DNA of 63,960 bases, filler included, from Globobulimina sp. (Eukaryota), in the NCBI GenBank assembly GCA_003354225.1. It is 42 parts of 42 records of this genome, joined end to end, with 100 filler letters (N's around TTAATTAATTAA, not from the genome) between each part and the next. Parts side by side here need not be neighbours in the genome. Positions count along the whole stretch, not along the records: positions 35,098 to 36,522 come from PIVH01016875.1; positions 36,623 to 38,047 come from PIVH01016876.1; positions 38,148 to 39,572 come from PIVH01016877.1; positions 39,673 to 41,097 come from PIVH01016878.1; positions 41,198 to 42,622 come from PIVH01016879.1; positions 42,723 to 44,147 come from PIVH01016880.1; positions 44,248 to 45,672 come from PIVH01016881.1; positions 45,773 to 47,196 come from PIVH01016882.1; 34 more parts are not named here. One strand, written 5' to 3'. Position numbers and translations under genes: made by a program. The notes beneath the pieces are model-generated. The model did not search any database. It saw only the letters and a program-made list of their open reading frames with translations, and had not been told where the DNA came from. Of the stretch, positions 35,098 to 48,820 are shown one piece after another (positions within the stretch are counted from its first letter, which is position 1; each line of letters begins with the position of its first letter).

Positions 35098-36513
35098 ATA
35101 TTATCCGAAATCATCGCTTTCAAAATGGAAACAAATTAAAAAATACCTCCGCGTATCGTATAAAAAGAACGTGTTACACTCAGTTGACATTAATACGTAT
35201 GGCCCATCGTTTGCTGCTTCTATTCCAACAAAGATAAACTTAAAAGCATATGCATCGAATCAAGAAAGCGGGCACTTATTCAACAATACGCGAAAGAAAC
35301 ATACATATGGAAAATTTGAGCAATTCCCAGCCATCTTTAGGCCAATGACAATGTCGAGAGTCAATGCGCCGATACCTCCAGATATAGACTCTGACGATAT
35401 GTATGGACAGGATTTGTCAATAAGGACGCCTTCGATTAAAATAGCGCCCAAACCAGACACCGCAGACAATGACTATGAATATTCACTGCCGAAAAATGTA
35501 ACAAATCATTATTACCATAGCTATGCGAATACGAATACGAATAAGAATGACCACAATGATAATACAAACACAGTAACAGCTGCAGTGAATACACCAACTA
35601 TAAAATCCACAAAATTTTCTAAATTTAGTAAGTTTCAGATCCGCTCAAACAGCGAGGTCCGAGACTCCATTGTTGTGGCACACGCAGCAAAACATGCTTT
35701 ATCTCCAGAAAGTTAATAAATATTTTGTTTAAATGTGGCGTGTATACAAGCAAACAATTATTAATATGCATAGTATTGATAAAGTCAGACAGAACGAAGC
35801 AAGGAGGTACCGGATGTTCGCAGGAAGAGCTGGCCACTGCGTCGATCATACAATCGATAGAAATGGGACTTTTTAATAGAACAAACAATAAATTTCATTC
35901 GAATATGATGAGTGATCTGGATCTGAATCGGCGGACGACTGTGTTCCCGCAATTTGATGATATTTTGGATTCAGAAAATAGTTTTTATTCATCTCCGTCA
36001 AGCGATGTGAGCTCAGGGGAAGACCGCACAAAACAGAAATTGACAAATTTGAGATCTAAATCGAGCACAAAGGCTAAAATACAGAAGAAAAAGAAAGGGA
36101 AAGCAGGGAAATTTGGAGGGAGAGGAGGTCGGAGTGTTGGTAAAAGTGTTGCAAATCAGACACAGTACAAACATAACCGACACGTTCATCATAAAAAACA
36201 TTTGAAAGTCGACGACATACCGCAGCTGCATATGGCGCAGAGTATTATTGACTCCGTTGACGAGGAAGTATTATTGACTCCATTGGCCCCATTCGATGTT
36301 ATTCATAATAATGGCATGCCACGCACAATGTCGATAGAATCGGACATTCCGAATATAAAACTGAGTATTTGCACCAATATGGAAACTATAGCGGATGAAG
36401 AGGATGTTATTAATAATAATGTTGATGGGAATGTAACTCCGTTGGCGGTTATGCCGGATACATGTACAAGGTCTGATATGTGTGGTGGTGATGCGATAGA
36501 TGCAGTTTCATGA
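35098..36513 (+). CDS. Low-complexity hypothetical protein, probably two exons
   Basis: Two long co-oriented ORFs separated by a short AT-rich interval; no domain recognised. Confidence 0.45.
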
Positions 36514-37003
36514 TAAATTATANNNNNNNNNNNNNNNNNNNNNNNNNNNNNNNNNNNNNNNNNNNNTTAATTAATTAANNNNNNNNNNNNNNNNNNNNNN
36601 NNNNNNNNNNNNNNNNNNNNNNAGGTGGCATGATTATAGGTACCCGGATCCGTAGGATCGAAAATATTATTGACAAAAGGCGCGCCGGTAAAATTTGCCA
36701 CAATCGGCGTTGTTGCACTGCCATTGGTCTTACCGCCAAAAGGACTATAAGGCGTTTTTGATCTTGACCTTACCGCAGAATCCACTGATAAATTACTTCC
36801 TAATTCATCTTCATCATCACCTCCTAACTGAACATACGTTTGTTGCTCTGCCATGACTAGAGCTATCCTATCCGGTTTGATGTAGTTTATGACTGAAAAG
36901 GTTTTGTTGCTTTAAACTTTTTTACTTCGTTAAATTTGTATCTCACTACATTGCCCACATCAGTCACATCACTCACAGAGCAACATTGCCTTGACGCGAA
37001 CAA

Positions 37004-38047
37004 ATGTCATTTTTTTTCAATGATTTTTTTGGGGGCGCTGGTATGCCCGGAGGTGGACACTTCCATGGTCATGGACATGGACATGGTGATGACAGCGATG
37101 ATGAACCAGTCGATACAGAGAAATTTTATAAATTATTAGACATTCCTAAAAATGCAACACAGCAAGAAATCAAAAAAGCGTATCGAAAAAAAGCAAAAAC
37201 ATTACACCCCGATCGACATCCAGATGAACCTGAAAAATACCAAGCACTGTTTCAGGAAGTTCAAGCCGCCAACGAAGTGTTGAAAGATCCACAAAAACGG
37301 CAATTATACGATAAATTTGGTGAGAAAGGCGCAAAACGAGGTGGTGGATCCAGAACTGGTTCTGGTTTATTGGAGAGAATGTTCAATCAATCTCAAGATC
37401 ATTCCAATACCGGTGGCGGACAGAAGAAATCGCCGGCGATTAAAACCGCATTAGACGTCACCTTACATGACATATATTGTGGCAGTATAAAGAAAATCAA
37501 AATACATCGAAGAGTGGTATGATTACTCATAAATTCCTTATTCCTTTATGCGAATTTGCGTAATAATAATAATTAAACAAAAACAAACACAAAACAGTCT
37601 GGCAAAGACAGCAAGCAATGTCCCCGATGTCATGGACAGGGCCAAATAACGCAAGTACAGCGAATGGGGCCAATGGTGCTTCAACAACGCAGAGAATGTC
37701 CCCAATGCGGCGGTATTGGGTACAAATTAGAGCGACAACAGCATGAAATCGAAGTGCATGTTCCCATTGGCGGGCGACATGGGGAGAATATCACCATTGC
37801 TCAGGAAGGCAATCAATATCCAGATATGGTTGGCGGTGATGTAGTGATCTCATTACGCTTACAAAAACATAAAATATTCAGTCGAAAAGGTGCAGATTTG
37901 GGCATGAATTATTCCTTATCCCTTCGACAGGCCTTATGTGGCTATAAAATACGAATGCCGCACGTCTCTGGAAAGACCATCTCCATCACACCACATTCCA
38001 TCGACGATGATGACAGCCATCATAATTATGAGATTGTGCAGCCTGGT
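37004..38047 (+). CDS. DnaJ/Hsp40 type A-like chaperone, intron 37517-37597, 3' partial
   Basis: J domain with HPD, G-rich linker, CPRCHGQG and CPQCGGIG repeats, and a C-terminal domain (SLRQALCG). Confidence 0.92.
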
Positions 38048-39672
38048 NNNNNNNNNNNNNNNNNNNNNNNNNNNNNNNNNNNNNNNNNNNNTTAATTAAT
38101 TAANNNNNNNNNNNNNNNNNNNNNNNNNNNNNNNNNNNNNNNNNNNNATTCAAAGAGTTTACAGTAAAAAACAGTAATTTCAAACTGAAAAGCAAAAAGT
38201 TAAATGTTACCTTTAACATTTTATTATTAACCTATTTTCCTTCCGATATTGAAGTTTTCTTGAGAAAAAAACGATAACATCTAGTTACTGCTTTCACTGA
38301 GAAAAACAATAAACAATTAACAATGGCCAATGAAAATGGTGCTGTATCATCACTAAATATTAAATATTATATACGCATATTATTTATTTTTTGTTGCGTT
38401 ATATGGCTAATTGTTGCATTGGATCATTATCGCAATGATGGATTCATGTTTGGTATAAAATTTATATTTATTTCCGACATCAAATATATATCCTAAATTA
38501 AAACAATTCAGACTATGAATATATATCATCAAATATGATTCGTCGTTTACTGTCCGAACAACAGACATACCAACAATGGAACGACATTGTTAAAAATGAA
38601 TTTACGGCAACAAATTTAAAAGAAATGGACACACAGACATCACAAAAGATTATTGACATGATACAGAACGACAGAATGGCCATTAATGAGAATTCACAAA
38701 AATTTCATAAAATTTTACCTCTATACATATTGGCTAAGCGACAAGTTAATATTCAGAATGCTTTGTTGACGGAATTAATACGCAAAGTTGTGTGCATTTC
38801 TATACATTCAATAAAGTGAAGTATACAATTTATTATCTTAATTAACAGCGAAACAAAGAAAAACGCAATTTTGACGCAGTGCGATTAGCCGCACAAAAAG
38901 AACAAAAAGGAATGGCAATGGTCACTGAATCCGGAATGAAACAAAGTGAGTCACATAATTTATTGGAACACGGATTAGAATCTGAAGTTTCTTCATTAAG
39001 AAAAGAATTTGACCAAATTACTCATTTAATACATTCAGAACAAACATTAAGAGATAAATGGCATAAAAAAGCGGAAACTGAGCACGAAGAGTTACTGTCT
39101 ATAATGGAATTAGATAAAGTTAATTTGTTTTAATAATTTACAATTTTGTTAAATTAAAATAATAATTACAGACAGACAGATCCCTTGAACCTATATTAAA
39201 TCGACTGGTTCATTACTCGTCAAACACAGATTGTGATTGGCAAAGACAACAATCATTGTCATGTTCATTTCAAACTGATATTGATGTCGGTATTCAATTT
39301 GATGCGCATTATTTTACTGTGCAGTTTAGTTTCTTCCTTTTTTTTGATTGTTTGCTTTTAAAAATTCATGAAAATACATCGGAAAAATAAATATAATAAT
39401 TAGTAATCCTCCAAACCACATTAATTTGAAAAAAATTATCGTGCAACGTTCAAATGAAAACACTGATAATTTATGCAAAATAAAAGTGTTTATCGGAGTG
39501 AATGAAATCTGTGATTCAAAATCTTTTAACCACATCGGTGAGGATGGCAACATTGAAAAGGAAAAGCCCCCANNNNNNNNNNNNNNNNNNNNNNNNNNNN
39601 NNNNNNNNNNNNNNNNTTAATTAATTAANNNNNNNNNNNNNNNNNNNNNNNNNNNNNNNNNNNNNNNNNNNN

Positions 39673-41097
39673 ACATTCCCCATTGCTCCAATCACCGCCA
39701 CCACCACGTTCAGGCCGATACAGTCGTACTTTTATCAGAAACGCCATGGTAAACTCACATAACTCATCATTGGCAATCACCACATCGCCCGGTGCTAATA
39801 ATAACGCATTATCCGCCTCGGTCACTGTGGATAAATTCGCATCCCATATATGTGTCATTAAGCCATCGAAATCGCTGTAAAATTGTGTATATTGCATGCT
39901 ATGGAAGCGGCCTACAATGGTCTGATTGATCTTATCTTTCAAATCTTGATCCTCGCTCTCGCCATAACTACCAAACCATAAATAAGCATCCTCCCACGGC
40001 GATTGTGCCAATATATCATGGATCTGCAACTTCAAACTGGCGCAATCCGCAGTAGACGTCGTCACCACGGCGCCATGCGATGGTCCTCCGTCGCGTATAC
40101 TAAACACCACTTCCATGCTATCATCCACTGCGTCGTTCCAACATTTACTGTCATACAGACGGAAGGTATGGTTATACAGTGACATTTGCTTACTTTTATC
40201 GCCACCCTGACACGCCCAGTTGGTGCGGGCACTAAACGGCGAACGCGAATCCCATTCCGCACCGAGCCCCACCGCCCATAAATTACATTCATTTTCGCGT
40301 TTTTCCACCACTGTACGTATGCGCATAGGCCAGTTTATCCGCTGTTTACTGCGTATTACACCCACTAATGCCCCATCGTCGGGGATAAAACGTAACGAAT
40401 CGCTGCCATCCAACGCGATGGTAGCCTCACCCCGGACACCCTCAGTGGTGTATACCTGCCAGATATCATCATCAAAGTCGTAGAAGTAATCACTGAAAGA
40501 GATTTGAAAACATCCATCTGCCCAATTTCCTATTTCTCCATTGGGTAAACATCGACCTACATCGCCAGGACCATAATAGCCAAACTCGCACGCTCCAAAC
40601 ACGGTGGCGTTCAATGTGACGTTGTCCCCGTCGTAAGCACACAGCACTGTGGGTGCCATGGTCGGTGAGTGTGTGGGTGAAGCCGTATTAATATCTGCCT
40701 CCACACCGGCGGTCACATCAATGTATGATAGTGACACAAATGAATCTGTTACCGGTGCGATTTTCAACAAATTAAACTGCAATGAACTAGCATCGATATC
40801 TGCAGTGTTTATCAATGAGATATCGCCACATTCACTGCCATCATCATTGTATACAGTAACGGTGACGTTGCCTACAGAGATATGAATCTCTACAAACAGT
40901 TCGTCATCGCATAAGGTTTTATTCATGACTTCAGAGTCTGCCGTCTCACTATTAATCCATACCGATTCATCCAGAAATACAAAATCTAAGTCAACCTTTG
41001 TGTAAATTTCCTCATTGGGAACGAATAAATCACTCTTTGTGGTGGTGGTGCTTAGCGACAGCATAAACTGTGAAGTGCCGTTGTTGGTGTTATTAAC
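39673..41097 (-). CDS. Internal fragment of a large extracellular protein
   Basis: Open across the whole contig; acidic, with a PT-rich linker and Cys/Trp modules. Confidence 0.6.
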
Positions 41098-41366
41098 NNN
41101 NNNNNNNNNNNNNNNNNNNNNNNNNNNNNNNNNNNNNNNNNTTAATTAATTAANNNNNNNNNNNNNNNNNNNNNNNNNNNNNNNNNNNNNNNNNNNNATA
41201 TGACAATTAAATAATGCGATTTATATAATATTATATATACAGTTAATGTTTTTCGTGTACATATTATTCAGAAACGTTTTTTTTTATTAATTCATACGTT
41301 TCTGAATGTAATGCACAAACATATCATATTATCGCATTATACAAATCTCATTATTTAATACATATA

Positions 41367-42296
41367 CTACCTTAATATTGTATGTCGTGTAATGACTACA
41401 ATTAAAGTTAACTGATTGTCATCAAATTCAATATTGTTTGGTGTCAAGGCAGATATTCGTGACAGTAATGATTTCGGTGATTGTGGTGATTGTGGTAACG
41501 ATAGGGATAATTCACTATTATTATTGATCGAAGTGCATGTACACGTACTCGGCAGTGAATGATTACTATTATTATTCTGACACATATTATTACTGTGACA
41601 CTCACAATTTTGTGTCATCGGTGAAACATTTGAAGATAGCGATGGTTTACGATGATATTTATATTTATAGGCACTATTTTGACTATTTCTGTTGACAATA
41701 TTGCCTTGAAATTGATTTTCCCGCTTAGTAATATTTATTATTAACTCCTTTAATTTAAATACAAATAAATATAATAATGACATTGATACACAGCATTCAT
41801 TTGCAATTATAATCAGAAACAAAAATTGTGATACTTGATCAAGCTCCGATTGTGGAATAAAAATCACCAATGTTGCATAACATAAATCCACTATGACAGT
41901 CAGGAATATTTGCAATAATATTATGCATATTGTATACTTTGATAACGCAAATATACTCGTCACAAATGTATAATACACGCGACCAAATAAAATAATTGAT
42001 AACGTTAATGATGCTACAAAATACAAAAAATCTGCACTTGATTTAATATTATTATAAGTATCCTCTAATGCTGCATCGTGATGAAGATAGGCTAATGATA
42101 TATGAACAATGTCTATTATAGAACAGCATAAACATGCGGTAAAGCATAAAATATTCATATTGCGATTGAATATATAAATATGCCGTGTTTTATGCGATAA
42201 GTATTTAATTTTACACAATAATGCTAGCCATAAACCAAACAAATAGCAAAAGCCAAACGCAAATATTGGCGAAGCTAGAATATATACATTGACCAT
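41367..42296 (-). CDS. 7TM-like membrane protein (first exon)
   Basis: Five TM helices then a long Ser/Asn-rich loop; the reading ends at a GT donor. Confidence 0.65.
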   Translation of the reverse strand: MVNVYILASPIFAFGFCYLFGLWLALLCKIKYLSHKTRHIYIFNRNMNILCFTACLCCSIIDIVHISLAYLHHDAALEDTYNNIKSSADFLYFVASLTLSIILFGRVYYTFVTSIFALSKYTICIILLQIFLTVIVDLCYATLVIFIPQSELDQVSQFLFLIIIANECCVSMSLLYLFVFKLKELIINITKRENQFQGNIVNRNSQNSAYKYKYHRKPSLSSNVSPMTQNCECHSNNMCQNNNSNHSLPSTCTCTSINNNSELSLSLPQSPQSPKSLLSRISALTPNNIEFDDNQLTLIVVITRHTILR

Positions 42297-42722
42297 GCTG
42301 GTTATTAGGATGCGTGCGGACTGCGAGTTTTTGCAAAAGCTTAAAACAAGCAATAATTACTTATGCATATTTTGTATTAAAAGGGCAACGAGTCCCATAC
42401 TTTGACATATTGTATTTGGAACGTATTTGGTAAATTAGGATTGCTTGAAGTAAATATCTGAGATCCAAACCCATTCGACAATATACAACAGGTCTACGGA
42501 TCACAAACCTCTGGTTTTCCACTTTGCGCGGCTATGCCTGTAGTAAAGATGAAATATCTTCTTCGAAATAGACTTGACTACTATTTGATTTAACAATGAT
42601 GTCCTTTTCCAGCGTGTTAACANNNNNNNNNNNNNNNNNNNNNNNNNNNNNNNNNNNNNNNNNNNNTTAATTAATTAANNNNNNNNNNNNNNNNNNNNNN
42701 NNNNNNNNNNNNNNNNNNNNNN

Positions 42723-44147
42723 GTGCATACACTGAGTCACAACCCAATTTCTGCAATTCCTGAAAGGAAAAATGTCCCGCCGTCGAGTCATTGACCACAT
42801 GCTCTTTCCCGACAAACACTTTTGCTGTAATCAACACACCGTGATGCTCCGCCTTATGTTTTGCGGATCCCAGCGTCTCTGCAAAATATATGCCGCCACC
42901 AAACATTCCACTGCCACCACGGATCATTTTATGTTGTTTGAATATGGCATCACCGGCACTTGCATCGGTTATATGATATAATGTCATTATCTTATCGCCA
43001 AATACTTTTCTTTTAGCACTCGACTTTGGTCCTTTCCATGTTTTGGGATCAGGCCATCCATATTTCGACCTTTGCCGCACAATTTTTTGTTGTTTGCCGC
43101 CTTTTACACTCAGAGGAACGCGACGGATATCTCGTTCATTATTTGTTTCTGTGTTTTTCTGTTTCATGGTATTAAATATGACGATATATTCAGATTTCGA
43201 TTTTTCATTTTTAAATTTATAGCTCTTTTTATTACATTTATAGGCTTTCTCCATTGCAATGGAATTCTTTTTGTCATAATCAATGAAATGTTTCTCGTCA
43301 AACCACTGCCATTTCATTGCCTTCTCATTCGATTTAATGACTGGCAATGCATGAACTTGCGGACTCGTATTAGATTTCATTGACATTGGAACTCGCCGAA
43401 TGTCTCTGGAAACGTTTGTTTTTTCATTATATTGCTGCAAATCATTAAATTTGATGGTATATACTTGTCCGTTATGAGGTGCTTTATATTTAAATATTTT
43501 GCCGTTATTTTGATATAATATCTCCATTTGCTTCGATGCAGTGTCCTCATAATCTGCCCATTTATTATTAGCATCTTTCCATTGCCATTTATTTGGCTCT
43601 CCGATCAAATTCGCTTTATTTGAATTATAAATTGGTATATTTTTGTTATTGTTATTTGGCGATATCGATGAATTATCATTGTTTAAACTGAAATTACTTT
43701 TGCTGTCATCGTCAGTATCATCGTATTGCTGCATATTTGGTGCTTTCACTTTCATGTTTGGTGAATTTGAAGCATATGACCTCTGTGATTGCGGTGAAGC
43801 ATTATTATGATTTGAATCAACAGCAAAAATAGGTGGTCCATATTGTTGTTGTTGAGCATTATCATTCATATTTTGAGAGTAATTGTTATACACTTTATTT
43901 TTGATAAAATGTGGTTTATCTTCGCTTGTATAATTATTGTTATTTTGATTTGAATTTGTCTGCAATTGAGATCTTCTGATTTGCCTTTTTTTAGCAGTCC
44001 AGGCATTTGATTGCGTCATCTCCTCCAAATTTATATAATATTTACTATTTCGAATTTTACACTCAAATATTTTCATATTTTGGGCGTATTTTGATTCAAT
44101 GAATTGTGATATCGGCGCAACATAACCCTTCCATGAGCCACGAAGTA
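42723..44147 (-). CDS. Multi-WWE plus PARP/Gig2-like ADP-ribosyltransferase domain protein, partial
   Basis: Three WWE-like units (WQW..D...Y....Y.I.F....Q.N..T...R.IRR) then LYHIT...GMFGGGIYFA...AKVFVG. Confidence 0.8.
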
Positions 44148-44247
44148 NNNNNNNNNNNNNNNNNNNNNNNNNNNNNNNNNNNNNNNNNNNNTTAATTAAT
44201 TAANNNNNNNNNNNNNNNNNNNNNNNNNNNNNNNNNNNNNNNNNNNN

Positions 44248-45672
44248 TCGAATTGTACGTAAAAGGGTATATTTTGGATGGAGATAATAAATGGCAATGC
44301 GGCAAATGTAACAGCAAACGAGCGGCATTAAAACGTTCCTGTTTCGGTAAATTGTCCAAATATTTAATATTACATTTATCGCGGTTCGAATTTGATTTCA
44401 ATTTAATGCGTAGAAAGAAATTAAACTCACGCTTTGAGTTCCCGTTACATTTAAATATGGAGAAATACACAAAAGAAGGACTACATAAACAAGAACAGGA
44501 AAAAGAGCGCGAAAAATTGCGGAAACGGCGGAAAAAGGATAAAAAAGAAGAAAAAAAAGAAGAGAAGAATGATGAAGAAGAGGATGAGTACATTTTACCA
44601 TCGCATCCGCCCGAATATTATCAGTATTCTTTAGTGGGCGTCGTAGTGCATACAGGTATATAAAACAAATGCATTCCATATCAATATTTAATATACATTT
44701 GTTTTTGTAGGTGGTGCCGAAGCAGGGCACTATTATTCGTACGCACAGTCTTCAGATACCAAATGGTGGGAATTCAATGATGTGGATGTACTGCCCTTTG
44801 ATGTGCTTGATTTGGACGCCGAGACCTTTGGCGGCAAACACTTTGTGACTGTGGACGATCCGAAAGGAGCGAAAGGCAAAAAAATCCGAAAAGAATGCGA
44901 TAAGCCATTCAATGCATATATGTTGATATACAAACAAGTGTTGGCCACCAAGACCGAATCGCAAAAAGACAGTCAAAGCTTCGAGCAAGAAAACAATCCA
45001 TTAACTTTGCCGCCACCCATTCAGCAAACCATTTGGAGCGAAAACTTGAAGTTTCTATGCGATAAAAATGTATTCGACTTCGACTATTTGACGTTTCTCT
45101 GGCAAACCGTGCAGTTATCGACAGTGAGGGGCGACAACAATGGCTTGCAAGCCATCCAAATTGCGACTTGCTTCGTGTTCGAGATTTTAATCCGTGCCAA
45201 AGACAATGGCACCTTCCCGCGATGGATGCGAATGTTATATAAAATGTACCAACAATCGAGCATTGGACGCAAGTGGTTTTTAAATAAAGTGAGTACAAAC
45301 AAACAGTGGTTTATCAACACTATGTTCCACAATGCACACAAACCGGCGAGATTAGCTTTTGTCGACTTATTGTTAGCCATCGTGCACTATCAAAGTGTGA
45401 GTGACAGGGAATATTATGCGCAGTTTGTGAGCAATATATCGGTGCTAAACAGCGCCGTGAATGGGGATGCTATCTATGAGGACAACATGGATCTAAATAA
45501 TCCCTATTTAGGCTGGCCAAATATTGACGAAAATGAAGAGAAAGGCATGGAAAATATTATAGCGGGGTTGGATTCAGATAAATATTGCTGTGCTCGCTTC
45601 ATTGTCGCTATGTTCCGTTTCTTGCATTTATCACCGAAATTCCATCGGAGTTATGAAGAATTCTTCAAATTA
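44248..45672 (+). CDS. Ubiquitin-specific protease (USP9X/24/34-like), intron 44656-44710, partial
   Basis: LILHLSRFEFD, FEFPLHLNM, GVVVHTG|GAEAGHYYSY, WWEFND and NAYMLIY. Confidence 0.92.
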
Positions 45673-45774
45673 NNNNNNNNNNNNNNNNNNNNNNNNNNNN
45701 NNNNNNNNNNNNNNNNTTAATTAATTAANNNNNNNNNNNNNNNNNNNNNNNNNNNNNNNNNNNNNNNNNNNNTG

Positions 45775-45963
45775 AAATGTTTACATTGTAATTCGGTGAA
45801 TTTTAAAGTGAAATCGTGCACTGGTTGTATGAGAGTGGTTTATTGTTCCAAACGATGTCAGAAAAAACATTGGAAGAAGGAGCATAGAGATGATTGTAAT
45901 CGTAATTGGATTACTTGTCAGATATATTTTATGTTAAAGGACTCAATATTTGATCGCATGTAG
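45775..45963 (+). CDS. C-terminal MYND zinc finger (missed by the ORF track)
   Basis: CLHC...CTGCMRVVYCSKRCQKKHWKKEHRDDC. Confidence 0.85.
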   Translation, partial: KCLHCNSVNFKVKSCTGCMRVVYCSKRCQKKHWKKEHRDDCNRNWITCQIYFMLKDSIFDRM

Positions 45964-46275
45964 AACAATTTGCTACATTCCTGCTTTTTGTATGTACGTT
46001 CTTCAATAATTAATATTTGTACTTCGTTATTAAATATTATATTATTTGTTTTATTTGCCTTCTCCATTTATCCTAAGTCTATATTTATCACTTGGATTTT
46101 ATGTATTATTATTTTTATTTTTCTGATTGGTTCTATTACTTATCCGGTGACACAGTCACCGTTTTCCATTACGAGTAAAAAAAATAAAAAAGTTCAAACA
46201 ATCTGAGTATACAAATTGCATAAATCGAATCGAACACATATAAGCACAAAAAGAAGCGTAACAGTTAGACCATTT

Positions 46276-47008
46276 TTATGCACCATTCACTAGAGTCACT
46301 TCACAGTCTCCTCTATTTAATGCAATGCAGAGTTTATAATGTTTGTTTGTCTCAATATTGTCAAAAGCTATGTGTTTTCGTTTATAGCTCATCGATGTTA
46401 TTTTGTTCTCAATATCCATACCAACCATATATGTCAAAACACCACGATTTCTTTTTCTCAAATCCAATTCCATTCGAATTAAATCTCCATCCATAAGATA
46501 CACAGACGCCATATATAAAAAATATTTAGAGTCAGCATCATGATATAATTTATGATCACGTAGAGATAATCCATATCCATGACAACCAGTTGTAAAGCTC
46601 CCTATATTTGCTTCTACGTCATTTGCATCAATAATATTAATCTGAAAAGTTATTTGCTTCCATAATATTAATCTGAAAATCCCAGTATTTATATTGTCCA
46701 TAGCCAATGATATCTGTCCCAAACGCATGGCACAATTTATATCTCCACGTACAGGCTGTTCGTTTAATTGTATCTCCATATATCTCTATGCTTATATTAC
46801 TCATTGATTCGTCCCATTCATCCATTAATTGTAAAAAAACACAAATGGTATAAACAACATCATCAGGAATTCTGTGCTGGAATTGCCGGACGAAACCATA
46901 CGTAACCAATTCTTCCTTTCGTTTGAATTTTAATGGTCTATTCTCACTTAACACTTCTCGGAAAGTGACGTCTGTGTTTCCCATCATTATGTACTGTACA
47001 ACTGCCAT
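46276..47008 (-). pseudogene. SPRY/B30.2-like protein split by a frameshifting 31-nt duplication
   Basis: AFGTDII..GQYKYWDFQI, then GYGL...GDLIRMELDL...LTY...AFDNI...YKLCI in a second frame. Confidence 0.6.
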
Positions 47009-47967
47009 CCTTTCGCTTCATTTGGCTGACATGCATTATATTCCATGGAACAAATGGTTTATTTGATCCTGAGTTATGTTTCAGTTTCACAAATATCTCT
47101 TGTTTGTATATATCACCAAAAGGAAGCGACGAGTACAACAATTTATGGTTTGTTAATTTTACAATTATTTATCTTCATTGTTTTATCATACAATGCNNNN
47201 NNNNNNNNNNNNNNNNNNNNNNNNNNNNNNNNNNNNNNNNTTAATTAATTAANNNNNNNNNNNNNNNNNNNNNNNNNNNNNNNNNNNNNNNNNNNNAATT
47301 TGTGATATACAGTTCGAGGCAGAGCACAAACGTAATTTGACAGTGATTTATACGAAAAGTAAATTAGAAAAGATATTGGCAGACGGTATTGTTGAAGAAA
47401 TGAATGAAAAGGAAATTAAAATGGTGATTCAAAATGTAAAAAACAAAAACGATGTGATTGAACAGTTGACATCGTACCATGAGAATAATTATCATTCTGT
47501 TAATTTGGATGAAAACCTAATGCATTATCGAGCTCATTCTATTATGAATACATTGACTGAGTTTAAATTAAATTTCAAATATAATGATTTGTTTGATGAA
47601 GATCTAAATGATGACGGATATGAATATGAGGAAAAGGATCAAATTGATGGGCAAGAAAATGAAATGAAAAGAGATATTATAAAACAATCTAAAAAAGATT
47701 TAGATCCAAACAACAATGGATTTATTGCATTCGATGCGATATCAAATGTTATGGAACCAGTTAAAACAAATAGAGTTTTACCTGGTATTCAGTGATGGAG
47801 TTTAATCATGTAATTGTTGTTAATATTGTTTCGTATTATACCTTTTGTATAGTAAAATTTCCATCGTATATGTATCTTTTTGATCGTTTAATATATAGTA
47901 AAATTAAATTTCCATGTTTTAATTCTTTCGCTTTATCTAATTAATTAGTTTAAAAAAAGAAGGAATA

Positions 47968-48720
47968 ATGTCTGCGTCGAATAAACCAATAATATCCATA
48001 GACGAGGTTGCCAAACATCGTTATGTCAATGATTGTTGGATAGTATTTTACAATAAAGTTTACGATTTAACACCATATCTACAACATCATCCCGGTGGAA
48101 CCTCAGCTATACTGAAGCATGCTGGAACTAATGCTACATCAATATTTGAATCGATACACTCAGAAACTGTATTATCCACATTATCTGAGTCGTATTGTAT
48201 TGGAACAATTGACAATAAAGAAAGTAATAAATCAATTTCAAAACAATCCATACTAACTCAATATCATCAAAATGATAAAACACATCAATCATTAACATCA
48301 CATGCAATTCCATCGTTAAATGAATTATTGCATCTGGAGATGTTTAAAAAATATGCAATGCTAATCATGAAGCCCAGAGCATTAAATTATTGTGTCCCTG
48401 GAGCTGATGATGAAATTACTTTGAGTCAAAATAAAGCAATATACTCGAAAATATTACTACGACCAAAATGCATTTTAAATCATACTGTTTGTACTAAAAA
48501 TAATATTGACACAAGCTGCAATATGTTGGGCACAACTTGTTCAATGCCGTTATTTTTATGTCCCACAGGTTTGAATAAATTATTTCACCCAAATGGAGAA
48601 TTAGCAGTTATCCACGCATGTTATAACCAAAATATTATGCCTATAATATCCACATTTTGTAGTTATTCACTGAAACAAATATTCCATTTCTCAGATGTAA
48701 TATCAAACGGTAGGCAAAAT
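47968..48720 (+). CDS. Flavocytochrome b2 (cytochrome b5 plus FMN alpha-hydroxyacid dehydrogenase), 3' partial
   Basis: b5 domain (CWIV..KVYDLT..L..HPGG); GADDEITL..N, LLRP, PLFLCPTG..L.HPNGE and IIST. Confidence 0.9.
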
Positions 48721-48820
48721 NNNNNNNNNNNNNNNNNNNNNNNNNNNNNNNNNNNNNNNNNNNNTTAATTAATTAANNNNNNNNNNNNNNNNNNNNNNNN
48801 NNNNNNNNNNNNNNNNNNNN

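Noticed and set aside
37598-37725. DnaJ with only two CxxCxGxG repeats
   Set aside because: Reduced zinc-finger DnaJA variants occur in other protists, so this is not clearly unusual.
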